A stretch of DNA of 64,000 bases from Macrostomum lignano (Eukaryota), in the NCBI GenBank assembly GCA_002269645.1, contig NIVC01000214.1, positions 1 through 64,000 on the forward strand, given 5' to 3'. The notes beneath the pieces were generated by a model, which was not told where the DNA came from, searched no databases, and saw only the letters and a list, made by a program, of their open reading frames with translations. Both the position numbers and the translations under genes were made by a program. Below, one piece after another: positions 1 to 13,186 of the stretch (position 1 is its first letter; each line of letters starts with the position of its first letter).

Positions 1-965
1 TGTCTGTCCTATGTCTGTCTTAGTGTCTGTCTTAGTGTCTGTCTTAGTGTCTGTCTTAGTGTCTGTCCTAGTGTCTGTCCTAGTGTCTGTCTAGTATCTG
101 TCTTAGTGTCTGTCTAGTATCTGTCTTAGTGTCTGTCTTAGTGTGTGTCCTAGTGTCTGTCTTAGTGTCTGTCTAGTGTCTGTCTAGTGTCTGTCTTAGT
201 GTCTGTCTTAGTGTCTGTCCTAGTGTCTGTCTTAGTGTCTGTCCTTAGTGTCTGTCCTGTCTGTCTTAGTGTCTGTTCTAGTATCTTTCTTAGTGTCTGT
301 CTTAGTGTCTGTCCTAGTGTCTGTCTTAGTGTCTGTCTTAGTGTGTGTCCTAGTGTCTGTCTTAGTGTCTGTCTTAGTGTCTGTCCTTAGTGTCTGTCTA
401 GTGTCTGTCTTAGTGTCTGTCTTAGTGTCTGTCTAGTATCTGTCTTAGTGTCTGTCTTAGTGTTGTCCTAGTGTCTGTCTTAGTGTCTGTCCTAGTGTCT
501 GTCTAGTGTCTGTCTTAGTGTCTGTCTTAGTGTCTGTCTTAGTGTCTGTCTTAGTGTCTGTCCTAGTGTCTGTCCTAGTGTCTGTCTTAGTGTCTGTCTT
601 AGTGTCTGTCTTAGTGTCTGTCTTAGTGTCTGTCTTAGTGTCTGTCTTAGTGTCTGTCTTAGTGTCTGTCTTAGTGTCTGTCCTAGTGTCTGTCTTAGTG
701 TCTGTCTTAGTGTCTGTCCTTAGTGTCTGTCTAGTGTCTGTCCTAGTATCTGTCTTAGTGTCTGTCCTAGTATCTGTCTAGTGTCTGTCTTAGTGTCTGT
801 CCTAGTGTCTGTCTTAGTGTCTGTCTTAGTGTCTGTCCTAGTGTCTGTCTAGTGTCTGTCTAGTATCTCTTAGTGTCTGTCCTAGTGTCTGTCCTAGTGT
901 CTGTCCTAGTATCTGTCTTAGTGTCTGTCCTAGTGTCTGTCCTAGTGTCGTCTCAGTGTCTGTCC
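1..965. repeat. Minisatellite, about 12-bp unit GTGTCTGTCTTA (truncated by window start)
   Basis: Direct tandem repetition with 11-13 bp variants; ORFs 187, 248 and 506 (SVLV/VCLS repeats) are its translation. Confidence 0.95.
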
Positions 966-1335
966 TCTTAGTATCTTTATAGTGTATTTATAGTGTATGC
1001 ACCTTCTTCTATTTCGCAGGCTGCAGCACATGTAAATATTTATGGCTTCTAAGAAAATTATTTTCTCCGAAGCGCTGGCTGGCTTGGATCCACCGGCCCT
1101 GCTGCAGCACTCGCATTCCACGGCAATAAACTTAGTCAGTTCGAATCCATGCGCTGCTGCTACTTGCAAATTCCGGCCAGTTCAAATATAAAATTTTGCG
1201 GCCCATTTAATTCAATGTGGGACGCCCTTCAAGCATAAAAGTTCCCACGGCTGTCGAAGTGCAAAACGAAGAGGCTGCGTTCGCTTGGTGGCCAAAATGC
1301 CGTAACACAGAGAAACACAGAACGGAGTAACGGGG

Positions 1336-2109
<774 letters not shown>

Positions 2110-2585
2110 GCTACCCCAGCAATCGGGCAATCGGGGCTGCTGAACCGGACACAGTTCACAAACCCGTTCTCCCAATCAAACTGATGGAGTTGGACACGCA
2201 TGCCCGCCCTGAGTCCGGCCCCGGGCTTCGCTTGCACCTTCCGCGTTGCAAGCGCCTTTATTCGATCGTGTCTTTCGAGGCGCGGGCGGTGAAATTATCG
2301 AATTTCCTTCAAATTATTTCCCGTAGAATCCGGAAATCTGGGAACCCGGTGTCCCAGCTTCCCAGAGAACTGGCCCAACAAGGCAATCTGGAAATCGATT
2401 CCCAGCCACTCGGCTCCCTCAGCACTGATTCAGCTGGCGTCCTGCCACATCAAATCTGCATTGCTGCTATGCCACATCAAATCTGCATTGCTGCTATGCC
2501 ACATTGAATCTGCTCAAAACACGGGTACTGTGCTCTTCCATAGTGCTTACATCTGATCCTTGTTCTCTCTCTCTCTCTCTCTCTT

Positions 2586-3550
2586 GTAGGGAGATCTCTG
2601 TCTCTCTCGTATCATAGGGAGATCTCCGTCTCTCTTATAGGGAGATCTCTGTCTCTCTCGTATCATAGGGAGATCTCTGTCTCTATCGTATCATAGGGAG
2701 ATCTCTGTCTCTCTTATAGGGAGATCTCTGTCTCTCTTATAGGGAGATCTCTGTCTCTCTTATAGGGAGATCTCTGTCTCTCTTATAGGGAGATCTCTGT
2801 CTCTCTTATAGGGAGATCTCTGTCTCTCTTATAGGGAGATCTCTGTCTCTCTTATGGGGAGATCTCTATCTCTCTTATAGGGAGATCTCTATCTCTCTTA
2901 TAGGGAGATCTCTATCTCTCTTATAGGGAGATCTCTATCTCTCTTATAGGGAGATCTCTATCTCTCTTATAGGGAGATCTCTATCTCTCTTATAGGGAGA
3001 TCTCCGTCTCTCTTATAGGGAGATCTCCGTCTCTCTTATAGGGAGATCTCTGTCTCTCTTATAGGGAGATCTCTGTCTCTCTTATAGGGAGATCTCTGTC
3101 TCTCTTATAGGGAGATCTCTGTCTCTCTTATAGGGAGATCTCTGTCTCTCTTATAGGGAGATCTCTATCTCTCTTATAGGGAGATCTCTGTCTCTCTTAT
3201 AGGGAGATCTCTGTCTCTCTTATAGGGAGATCTCTATCTCTCTTATAGGGAGATCTCTGTCTCTCTTATAGGGAGATCTCTGTCTCTCTTATAGGGAGAT
3301 CTCTGTCTCTCTTATATGGAGATCTCTATCTCTCTTATAGGGAGATCTCTGTCTCTCTTATAGGGAGATCTCTGTCTCTCTTATAGGGAGATCTCTATCT
3401 CTCTTATAGGGAGATCTCTGTCTCTCTTATAGGGAGATCTCTGTCTCTCTTATAGGGAGATCTCTGTCTCTCTCGTATCATAGGGAGATCTCTGTCTCTC
3501 TCATAGGGAGATCTCTGTCTCTCTCATAGGGAGATCTCTGTCTATCTCCG
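2586..3550. repeat. 23-bp minisatellite TCTCTGTCTCTCTTATAGGGAGA
   Basis: About 40 tandem copies; unit junctions form AGATCT. Confidence 0.95.
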
Positions 3551-3764
3551 ATCTCTAAACTCTCCCATCTCTAATCTCTCCCATCTCTGCCTCCATTTCT
3601 CTTAGGGCTCCTTTGTGAGCCTGGAGTCAAATGGGTGTTAGCCATCCACCCCTCCTCGCTCTGTACTTTGTGCCGCCTTTGTGCGCCGTTTATTTATCTG
3701 CGCACCGCCCTCTGTGCCACGTCGCTCGCACTGGCTTTGCAGCTCAAAATTGGTTAATAACCTC

Positions 3765-4085
3765 TTCCATCTCTAAAATCTCCCATTCTAATCTCTTCCA
3801 TCTCAAAAATCTCCCATTCTTATCTCTTCCATCTCTAATCTTTCCCATTCCAATCTCTTTCATGTCTAATCTCTACCATCTCTAATCTCTCTCATCTCTA
3901 AATTCTCCCATCTCTAAACTATCCCATCTCTAAACTCTCCCATTCTAGTCTCTCCCATCTCTAAACTCTCCCATTCTAATCTCTCTTATCTCTAGTCTCT
4001 CTCATCTCTAATCTCTCCCATCTCTAATCTCTCCCATCTCTAATCTCTCCCATCTCTAATCTCACCTATGTCTAATCTCTCCTAT
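3765..4085. repeat. Degenerate 16-bp pyrimidine-rich repeat CATCTCTAATCTCTCC
   Basis: Recurring CATCTCTAA motif at about 16-bp spacing. Confidence 0.8.
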
Positions 4086-4579
4086 GTTTCGAATTCCCTA
4101 TCTCTAATTTCTCCCACCTTCTTAAGTCTTCTCCTATTTTTAAGTTCAATTCTTTTTTCTCTCTAACATTAATGTTATCAATGCTCTCGAATCTCGAATC
4201 TCCTCCTCTCTCCTCTATCCCCACATCTTTACCATGCCCACCACCTTCAATTACTTTCATCTCTACGATCCCGTCCGATTCTCCGATGGAGCTAGTAAAA
4301 AACGGTAGAAATGGATTGGTCAATAAAGAATTGAGCAGCCTGTAATCCCCAGAGGCGATAAACAATCTCGTAGCCACATCAGATCGCAAAAAATATTTTC
4401 TGACGAATTGGAAATTAAACTCGAGACTAAATATTCCCTTCGCATTAAAATTCGAGTGTGAAAGTCAATCTGTTTGCTACTGGCTTCATCTAATCGGGCA
4501 TCAGAATCGCGCCTCGGACAGCATCTTCTTCATCTCGAGCCGCAGTGAGGCAGAAGCCAATTTTATGCCAAAGGTGAGA

Positions 4580-4860
4580 TTTTAGCACCTATTTGGCGCC
4601 AATAAAGCGCTAATTTAGCGCCAATTTAGCATCAATTTAGCGCCAATTTAGCGCCAATTTAGCACTAATTCAGCGCCAATTTAGCACCAATTCAGCGACG
4701 AATTTGCGCAAATTTAACGCCGATTTTTCGTCGATTTTAGCCAATTTAGCCAATTTAGCCAATGTAGCCAGACGTGAGACTTTAGCGCCAATTTAGCGCC
4801 CAGTTAGCACCAGTTTACCATCGAAAAAGAGATTTTAGCGCCGATATAGCGCCTAAGGCG
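4580..4860. repeat. Degenerate 11-bp repeat TTAGCGCCAAT
   Basis: Scattered tandem copies; shares its core with the 31-bp array at 5257. Confidence 0.75.
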
Positions 4861-5256
4861 AGATTTAACCGCCAAACGAGAGGCAAAAAATAAGATAAAA
4901 TTTCTGTTTTTGAATTTGTGTTCCTACTACTATTAACTAATTTATTGAGAAATACGCTCGTAATTGTAAAAATTAAAATCCTAAATTCTGTGCCGCCTGA
5001 CTCCAGCCGCCCCTCCCTCTTGGCTAAGCCACCACAGTGAGGCTCCAAGCAGTTTGCCTTCCTTTTAGTTAAAGTGAAAAATGAAAATGAATTAAATAGA
5101 TGAAGCTGCCAGTTGCTAGTTGCCACTGATTCTTATCAGCCCTTTTAAAATCCGATTTCATAACTACAGGGTAAGGTTGCACCGGCTGACAAATGCACAG
5201 TTTTATTCGAGTGGCCGGGTGGAAAACCTTCTAACAGCAAACTTCTTCTGAGCGCC

Positions 5257-6334
5257 GAGATTTTAGCGCCAATCTAGCGCCTCAGCCAAGATTTTAGCGC
5301 CAATCTAGCGCCTCAGCCAAGATTTTAGCGCCAATCTAGCGCCTCAGCCAAGATTTTAGCGCCAATCTAGCGCCTCAGCCAAGATTTTAGCGCCAATCTA
5401 GCGCCTCAGCCAAGATTTTAGCGCCAATCTAGCGCCTCAGCCAAGATTTTAGCGCCAATCTAGCGCCTCAGCCAAGATTTTAGCGCCAATCTAGCGCCTC
5501 AGCCAAGATTTTAGCGCCAATCTAGCGCCTCAGCCAAGATTTTAGCGCCAATCTAGCGCCTCAGCCAAGATTTTAGCGCCAATCTAGCGCCTCAGCCAAG
5601 ATTTTAGCGCCAATCTAGTGACTCAGCCAAGATTTTAGCGCCAATCTAGCGCGTGAGCCAAGATTTTAGCGCCAATCTAGCGCGTGAGCCAAGATTTTAG
5701 CGCCAATTTAGCGCCTCAGCCAAGATTTTAGCGCCAATTTAGCGCCTCAGCTAAGATTTTAGCGCCAATTTAGCGCCTCAGCCAAGATTTTAGAGCCAAT
5801 TTAGCGCCTAAGCCAAGATTTTAGCGCCAATTTAGCGCCTCAGCCAAGATTTTAGCGCCAATCTAGTGACTCAGCCAAGATTTTAGCGCCAATCTAGCGC
5901 GTGAGCCAAGATTTTAGCGCCAATTTAGCGCCTCAGCCAAGATTTTAGCGCCAATCTAGTGACTCAGCCAAGATTTTAGCGCCAATCTAGCGCGTGAGCC
6001 AAGATTTTAGCGCCAATTTAGCGCCTCAGCCAAGATTTTAGCGCCAATCTAGTGACTCAGCCAAGATTTTAGCGCCAATCTAGCGCGTGAGCCAAGATTT
6101 TAGCGCCAATTTAGCGCCTCAGCCAAGATTTTAGCGCCAATCTAGTGACTCAGCCAAGATTTTAGCGCCAATCTAGCGCGTGAGCCAAGATTTTAGCGCC
6201 AATTTAGCGCCTCAGCCAAGATTTTAGCGCCAATCTAGTGACTCAGCCAAGATTTTAGCGCCAATCTAGCGCGTGAGCCAAGATTTTAGCGCCAATCTAG
6301 CGCCTCAGCCAAGATTTTAGCGCCAATCTAGCGT
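5257..6334. repeat. 31-bp minisatellite GCCAAGATTTTAGCGCCAATCTAGCGCCTCA with a 93-bp trimeric higher-order repeat in the distal half
   Basis: About 35 copies; variants CTAGTGACTCA / CTAGCGCGTGA / TTAGCGCCTCA cycle in fixed order from about 5860. Confidence 0.95.
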
Positions 6335-6903
6335 CGAAAGCAAGATCTTTTTGAACAGAGAATCAGCCCACAGCTGTTTGAATATGAGTAATTTGGGGGA
6401 AGAGTTGCTGCTTCAGGCTCTGCTTCTGGGTCTCACTGGCAACACGCTGGGGAAACTCCGGCAACGGAGAAGAAATGAAAATCCCTTCGGGACGAAGCCG
6501 AAGCCGGCCCAGCGGATCCCGATCAACCCTTCCTCTTCCAATTAGGGATTTCGACTCGGTCGCAAATGGGGATAAATCAAGGGGGATCGCGCCTTCGTTC
6601 CCCCTTACTGTGCGATCTGTGAAGGGAAAAACACAGCAGCCCCTGCCAATCCTTTAGACTCGGGTGAGCACTTCTGCCACTTGCACTCTGTCTACTCGCT
6701 CACTGCTGCCCAACGCACCTCACGCCCTTCTCAATCCTTCTGCGCCCGGTTTCCTCTCGGGTTCTTTCCGTCTTCCTTTCTCTTTCTCTCTGTCGAAACT
6801 CCCAATTAAAGATGGCTTGTTGAGAGCCCTTGCGAGCGAATTTACGGCCGCTTTGTGACATTTCCGTTCTCTAGCTTCTCTGACTGACTTTCTAGGCGTC
6901 GGC

Positions 6904-7725
<822 letters not shown>

Positions 7726-7834
7726 CCGCTGAGTTTATCCGTCTCCTTTTTCACGTCGCCGTATCTAATTTACTGTATGACAGTGTCAAAAATGCACTCC
7801 CCAGCAGTTTCGCGGCCGCATTGGAGGGCTCGCT

Positions 7835-7892
7835 GGGCGGCCAATCCCGCAAGACGACCCTGCCTGGCCGTGTGCAGTGCGGCCTATAAAAA
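7835..7892 (+). promoter_or_regulatory. Candidate core promoter of the GPCR gene: GC box GGGCGG 7835-7840, CCAAT 7841-7845, TATAAAAA 7885-7892
   Basis: Canonical motifs in canonical order about 85-140 bp upstream of ATG 7976; no transcript evidence. Confidence 0.45.
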
Positions 7893-7975
7893 CCGATGGT
7901 TTCTGAAAGTCCCGTCCCGAATTGCGACGAAAACAGACGAGCAGCGCGCTGACCCGAGCGAGCCAGCAGCTCCGA

Positions 7976-9160
7976 ATGGGCAACACAACAAATGCGCAGT
8001 GCACGGATCACTCTCTGCCGGAGTCTCCCCTAGTAGCGATCGGTTCTCTGGCTTTCTACTCCACCCTGGGCGTGCTCGGACTGTTCGGCAACATCCACGT
8101 CATCCTCGTGTTCGCCTCCAGTCGGGAGAAGAGTCTGCGCTTCCTCATCACGGTACTGTCGGCCATGGATCTGTTTATATCGGCAGTGGTGCTGCCCACC
8201 GACTGCTACCGGGTGTACAATGACTACCTGGCCAGCAAGTACGAGCTGAAGGCCACTAATCACTGGTTCAGCACCGTGATTCTGTCGTCCAGGTATGCGG
8301 CGTTCGAGATGGAGGCCTGGATTCTGGTATTCATCGCAGTGGACCGCTACCTGTGCATCGTGAAGGCCAGTCAGCAAGGCCTTACCTACAAGAAGACCCT
8401 ATGCGCCCTGTTCGCCGCCGCGCTGAGTCTTCTGCTCCTAGAGGTGTGCAACGTGACAAGCCACTACCTAATTGAAGACCAGTGCGGCCTGAAGCTCCAG
8501 CTGGAGTCCTACCTGCTGTACTTCTACGGCGCACTCGGCACCCTGTCAGTGCTGGTTGTCATGTCGCTTTATATCAGAATTTTCACCTTCGTGGCCTCCA
8601 TGGAGAGGCGGCGCAGTTCGAAGCGCAAAGTCACCAAGCAGACGCTGGCGCTGCTGTCCAGGGCGGACGAAGTCGGCGCGACCAGCAACTGCGGGGACCT
8701 CGGCGGCGGTGGCGACGGCGCTGGCGACAAAAATCTTCAAGGTACCGCCAGCTACGCTTTGGAAACATCTTTAAAACCGACCAGCTGCTCGCTTCAGGTG
8801 ACAGCCGACGGTCCAACCGGGTTTAACGGCATCTCCGAGTGTCCCAGCAGCAGCTTCGTCAGCAATGCGCTGCCGCCGCAGTCGGCGACCGCCGCCGCCG
8901 CCGCTGCCGCCGCCACCACCGAGTCATGGTTCCCCAAGAAGCTGGCCTGGATGCTGTTCGGCGCCACCGTGCTGTTCTACGGCAGCATGCTGCCGATGAT
9001 CCTCATCAACTTCAAGCTGCTGCCGGACTCGCCGCTGCACCGCATTTTCTATTTGAACACGTCGCTGAACTTTTTCGTCTACGCCATGATGAACTCGAAG
9101 TTCAGAGAGGAGCTGCGCAGAATTTACAGCAGGGCCTGCAGGTGCCGCTGCGAGCAGTGA
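7976..9160 (+). CDS. Intronless class A (rhodopsin-like) orphan GPCR, 394 aa
   Basis: Seven hydrophobic helices; GN in TM1 (LFGNIHV), D in TM2 (SAMDLF), DRY (AVDRYLCI), TM7 NFFVY followed by helix 8 NSKFREEL; first in-frame ATG at 7976; GC3-rich codons. Confidence 0.9.
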   Translation: MGNTTNAQCTDHSLPESPLVAIGSLAFYSTLGVLGLFGNIHVILVFASSREKSLRFLITVLSAMDLFISAVVLPTDCYRVYNDYLASKYELKATNHWFSTVILSSRYAAFEMEAWILVFIAVDRYLCIVKASQQGLTYKKTLCALFAAALSLLLLEVCNVTSHYLIEDQCGLKLQLESYLLYFYGALGTLSVLVVMSLYIRIFTFVASMERRRSSKRKVTKQTLALLSRADEVGATSNCGDLGGGGDGAGDKNLQGTASYALETSLKPTSCSLQVTADGPTGFNGISECPSSSFVSNALPPQSATAAAAAAAATTESWFPKKLAWMLFGATVLFYGSMLPMILINFKLLPDSPLHRIFYLNTSLNFFVYAMMNSKFREELRRIYSRACRCRCEQ

Positions 9161-9361
9161 CGGAACTGACAGCAGATCCGCCAGCTGCTCAAGCCTGCGC
9201 TGAAGCAGGCGTGTCGGAATCGAATGCGAGCCGGGAAAGAAGAGCTTAAAAGACTTTTGTGTTGTGACTTTTTCTGCTTTCTCTTGAATATAACAACAAG
9301 CTGTTGTAAAACTGTGTAACCAGACCAAACTTCTGTAACCAGAGTCGATCAGGATTTTGAA

Positions 9362-9530
9362 GTGTCGCTCAGGACCCGGAAGCGTCACTTGGGACTCGGA
9401 AGCGTCACTTGGAACTCTGAAGCGTCAATTGGGACTCGGAAGAATCACTTGGGACTCGGAAGCGTCCCTCAAGACTTTGAAGCGTCACTTAGGACCCAAA
9501 AGCGCCACTTGAGACTCGATAACGCTTCCC
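9362..9530. repeat. Degenerate about 21-bp repeat GACTCGGAAGCGTCACTTGG downstream of the GPCR stop
   Basis: Recurring GAAGCGTCA and GGACTCG motifs. Confidence 0.6.
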
Positions 9531-10218
9531 AAGACTTGAATGTGTCCTTTCTAACAGCTAGAAAAAGTTTCCTGTCATTCCTGCCCAAGATAGCCACATG
9601 CATATCAATAATTCTGTCTGTGTGAAGCCAATGGTTCCTAACTTTGTTCTTTTTCTCAAAACGATAGAGAAATCTAGGTATTGTAGCCCGACTATAAACT
9701 ACGGCTCGTAAGTCAGAATCGCACTGTAAACGGACTCGCAGTTTCGTCTTGTTTCGATAATCAAAAACTAGAAAAATAAACCGTTTTCCTTTGAAAATAG
9801 CTAACAGAAATTTATCAACAATCCTTTTCTAATTACTATATGAAATTTTATTTTTAAACGAATGGAATTACGGTTGTATTTTTGCTTGTTATCTTCTCGG
9901 CAGTGTTAGTCCGAACCGCTATGAGCAGAAGCGCGAGACTGCCGGATTCCCGACAAACTGATCATGCAAATGCGATGCTTTTAGTATATAGGGGAACCGA
10001 GCTGGATAAAATAATGTTACAATTATAGTGAATTCGTGGCCACCCAATAATTCATCATCGCAATCCCGTGTCCGCATTTCGGCTGCTGAGTCTGCTTGCA
10101 GCGGCTAGAAATACGCTAGAAATGGCCGTGTGTTGTTAAAGTATACGCGTCTGAGGCTTCTGCTGCTGGGGTTGGGAATGAGACGGATACTCGTAACACT
10201 GATGGGATAATTAGATAT

Positions 10219-10271
<53 letters not shown>

Positions 10272-10276
10272 AAGAC

Positions 10277-10311
<35 letters not shown>

Positions 10312-10314
10312 CTA

Positions 10315-10347
<33 letters not shown>

Positions 10348-10446
10348 CTAAGACAGACAGACACTAAGACAGACAGACACTAAGACAGACAGACAGACAG
10401 ACACTAAGACAGACAGACAGACAGACAATAAGACAGACAGACACTA

Positions 10447-10479
<33 letters not shown>

Positions 10480-10560
10480 CTAAGACAGACAGACAGACAG
10501 ACAATAAGACAGACAGACACTAAGACAGACAGACAGACAGACAGACAGTAAGACAGACAG
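10219..10560. repeat. (AGAC)n microsatellite with ACTA/ATA interruptions
   Basis: Direct read; reverse complement of the TCTG family. Confidence 0.95.
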
Positions 10561-11274
10561 ATAGAATCCGTTGATCGCCGCTTCGCTAAGATGCTTAGAG
10601 ACGCGCACTTGATTGCAGAACTTGACTTCACTCAGCTGCTCGGACTTGAGTGTTGGCAATAATTTTCAAGAATTTCAATCAATGCCGCACTGCACAATGG
10701 CTTAGGTAGTGCAGCTTGACCGATGCGAATCCAGCCCTAGCAGAGCATGTGTTTGCACTGGGCCGTGTCAATACTGAGCCCGCTAATTGAGGATTATCCG
10801 TTGGCATTAGTTAAACAGAAGATTACACCTGCCTCAGACGACCGCTCTGACAGAGAGCAATTCAGAGCTTATGGGCCTTGATTTAAACAAGCGCAGCTGC
10901 ATCACCACAGAATAACCGCAGCGGGTAGGCAGAGGGCCAAATGCGTTGAGCAAGCCGGGAGATTTACTGCCAGCTCAGCTCTATACGCATTGGAGCAGCG
11001 GCACTGTTAAGCGGCTAAAGCTCAACCAGAATTTATGAGGCATTTTAGTTTGTATGCAATAGCTATCTTATCTTATATAGCGCTTCTGCAGCTATCCAGA
11101 GCTTTCGCCAGCTTTCCCCTGCTATCCCGCCACAGCAGTTCGTGCCGTTGCTAAAGAGCCGCAGGGTTCTCCCCAGAAACTCTGCCAGCGTACTGGACTT
11201 GGCGTGGGGAGTTCGGATGGAAGGAAAGTGATGGGGAAAGAAAATTTGTCCGCTTTGATCCCCGGCGAAATCTG

Positions 11275-11275
<1 letters not shown>

Positions 11276-11339
<64 letters not shown>

Positions 11340-11373
11340 ATATCCATCTATCTATCTATCTATCTATCTATCC

Positions 11374-11465
<92 letters not shown>

Positions 11466-11475
11466 ATCTATCATC
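11276..11475. repeat. (TCTA)n microsatellite
   Basis: Direct read. Confidence 0.95.
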
Positions 11476-12437
11476 TGTCTAAAAAACAAATGCCCTCTCC
11501 TGTCCAACAAGAGTGTCTCCATAAAAACTCGGCGCCCACAGCGGGAAGCGTGGACCAAAGCAGGGACATGGCAGTGTGCTCCGGCCAACCGCGCGGCTCG
11601 ACCTTCTTTATGAACGCCCCGCACGGAGTAGGCAGGGGACCGGCTCTGGCCAACAGGAAATTGTCTGTCCGGGAACCCGTTTGTGGGCAATAAATATCCA
11701 GCAGCTACGGAAGCTTTTGAAACTCGCACAGCCAGCTAAGTCGGGGCGGTTAACTTTAATACCGATGAAAGCTAGCAGCAACAGAAATGAGAGGCACTTT
11801 TTGCTTTATTGTCTGTCTCTCTAAAGCCAAACGATTAATTATGGTCCTAGTTTATTAAAATATCATTAATGGGAATTGCGCTAAAGCGCTGGCTTTAATT
11901 GGCGACTTCCGGGACAGCTGAACGCACAGAGCACCTGCTAATCCACACTCTTGTCCGGCCAAGAATTTCGAAATTTGCAAAAGTGCAATCGGCTGCATAT
12001 TATAGTCTAGAAAATAGATCAGCGGAAAATTGCCTCTGGCGACTCTCGTGCCACGACCCCTGGGCTCGACCGGGAGGTTGTCGAGCGATTCACACCTACA
12101 TGTATGTGGGCCAGTCCCAAGGCACAAAGTATACATGTCTAACGATTAGAAAGCGAGACAGCCGCTGCACATTCTGTATCAGTGTGTATGAGTGCGTGCC
12201 TGTATCGACGATCAGGAGTCAGCGAAATGGGCAGAATTGCAGTCAGCGCTGCTTGCGGGACGATGTCGCAGGCGTTGCACCAGAGGGCCCACAGCCCTCC
12301 TGTAAATGAACGCTTATGAATAACTGGTTTTTATTTAATCAAACTATTTACGCCTTAATCAAACTATCGATACGATATTTATTGAAAACGTGGACAGATC
12401 AAGTCTTATATTTTCTAAGAAACGAGCTGGATGCCGG

Positions 12438-13186
12438 CAGTGGTGTGATTGGCAAAGGGCCATTTTTTCGCGCCTCAAAAAAATTCGCGCCATTGTTTAC
12501 TAGTTTAAATAACATGCTAACTACATATATGTACATGTAGAAAACCCATATTTTTATGGTTTTTGCTTCTTTTTTCCAGCACTAAGGATCAATCCTTGCT
12601 GTGGCAGTACTTTACCACTGATAAAAGTTTGGCCTGCACAACTAAAAGCGAGCAGCAAATGTCCTTGGACAAAAATGGGTGTCAAAATTTCATGGTATTT
12701 GATTTCTAAACTTTTTTGAAGGACACTCTGGGGCAGGCAATGGCTATTCCTAACTTCCTGCTCAACAGCCTTCCATTTCAGCACTTGCTCAGCAATTCTT
12801 TCAGCTTCCTTCAATTTCTTCTGCTGGAGCTTGCATTTCTCCTGTCGAAGCTGTTCCAACTCTTGATCCTTCTCCTTGTTACGAGTCAGCTCCAGCAGCA
12901 GTCGTTGGAGCTCCCTTCAGTCTGCTTCCGTTTTGACTGGATCTCGTCTTCTTTCATTTTCAGCTGCTGCTCCAGATCCAGATTTGCATGTATTGTACAC
13001 CATAACATAAAGTTTAAATTTGAATAAAGCGTGCGTGAATAGACTAAACGTGATCAGTTCAAAATGAAACTTCGAAAATTGAAAAATCGCGCCTCTGCTT
13101 GACGAAAATTCGCGCCTGCCCTCAGAAATCGCATATTCGCGCCTTTTTCGCGCCTGGCGCGAATTCGCTCCTCAATCACACCACTG
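12438..13186. mobile_element. Non-autonomous TIR DNA element, 749 bp
   Basis: Inverted termini CAGTGGTGTGATTG (12438-12451) and CAATCACACCACTG (13173-13186); CCGG on both flanks; subterminal TCGCGCC repeats at both ends. Confidence 0.7.
12720..12990 (-). pseudogene. Frameshifted coiled-coil coding fragment inside the TIR element
   Basis: Reads HANLDLEQQLKMKEDEIQSKRKQTE, then after a one-base frame change ELQRLLLELTRNKEKDQELEQLRQEKCKLQQKKLKEAERIAEQVLKWKAVEQEVRNSHCLPQ. Confidence 0.5.

Noticed and set aside
2586-3550. TATAGGGAGA resembling the T7 promoter 3' end (vector contamination)
   Set aside because: Upstream TAATACGACTCAC is absent; the motif is part of a diverging native repeat
4505-4573. 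Candidate 69-bp exon (CAG|NRASDSIFFISSRSEAEANFMPK|GTGAGA)
   Set aside because: Weak acceptor, no recognisable homology, no partner exons
8030-9388. Antisense and alternative-frame ORFs over the GPCR; likewise 17361, 17855, 34581, 38115, 52385 and 56408
   Set aside because: Shadows of GC3-rich real exons
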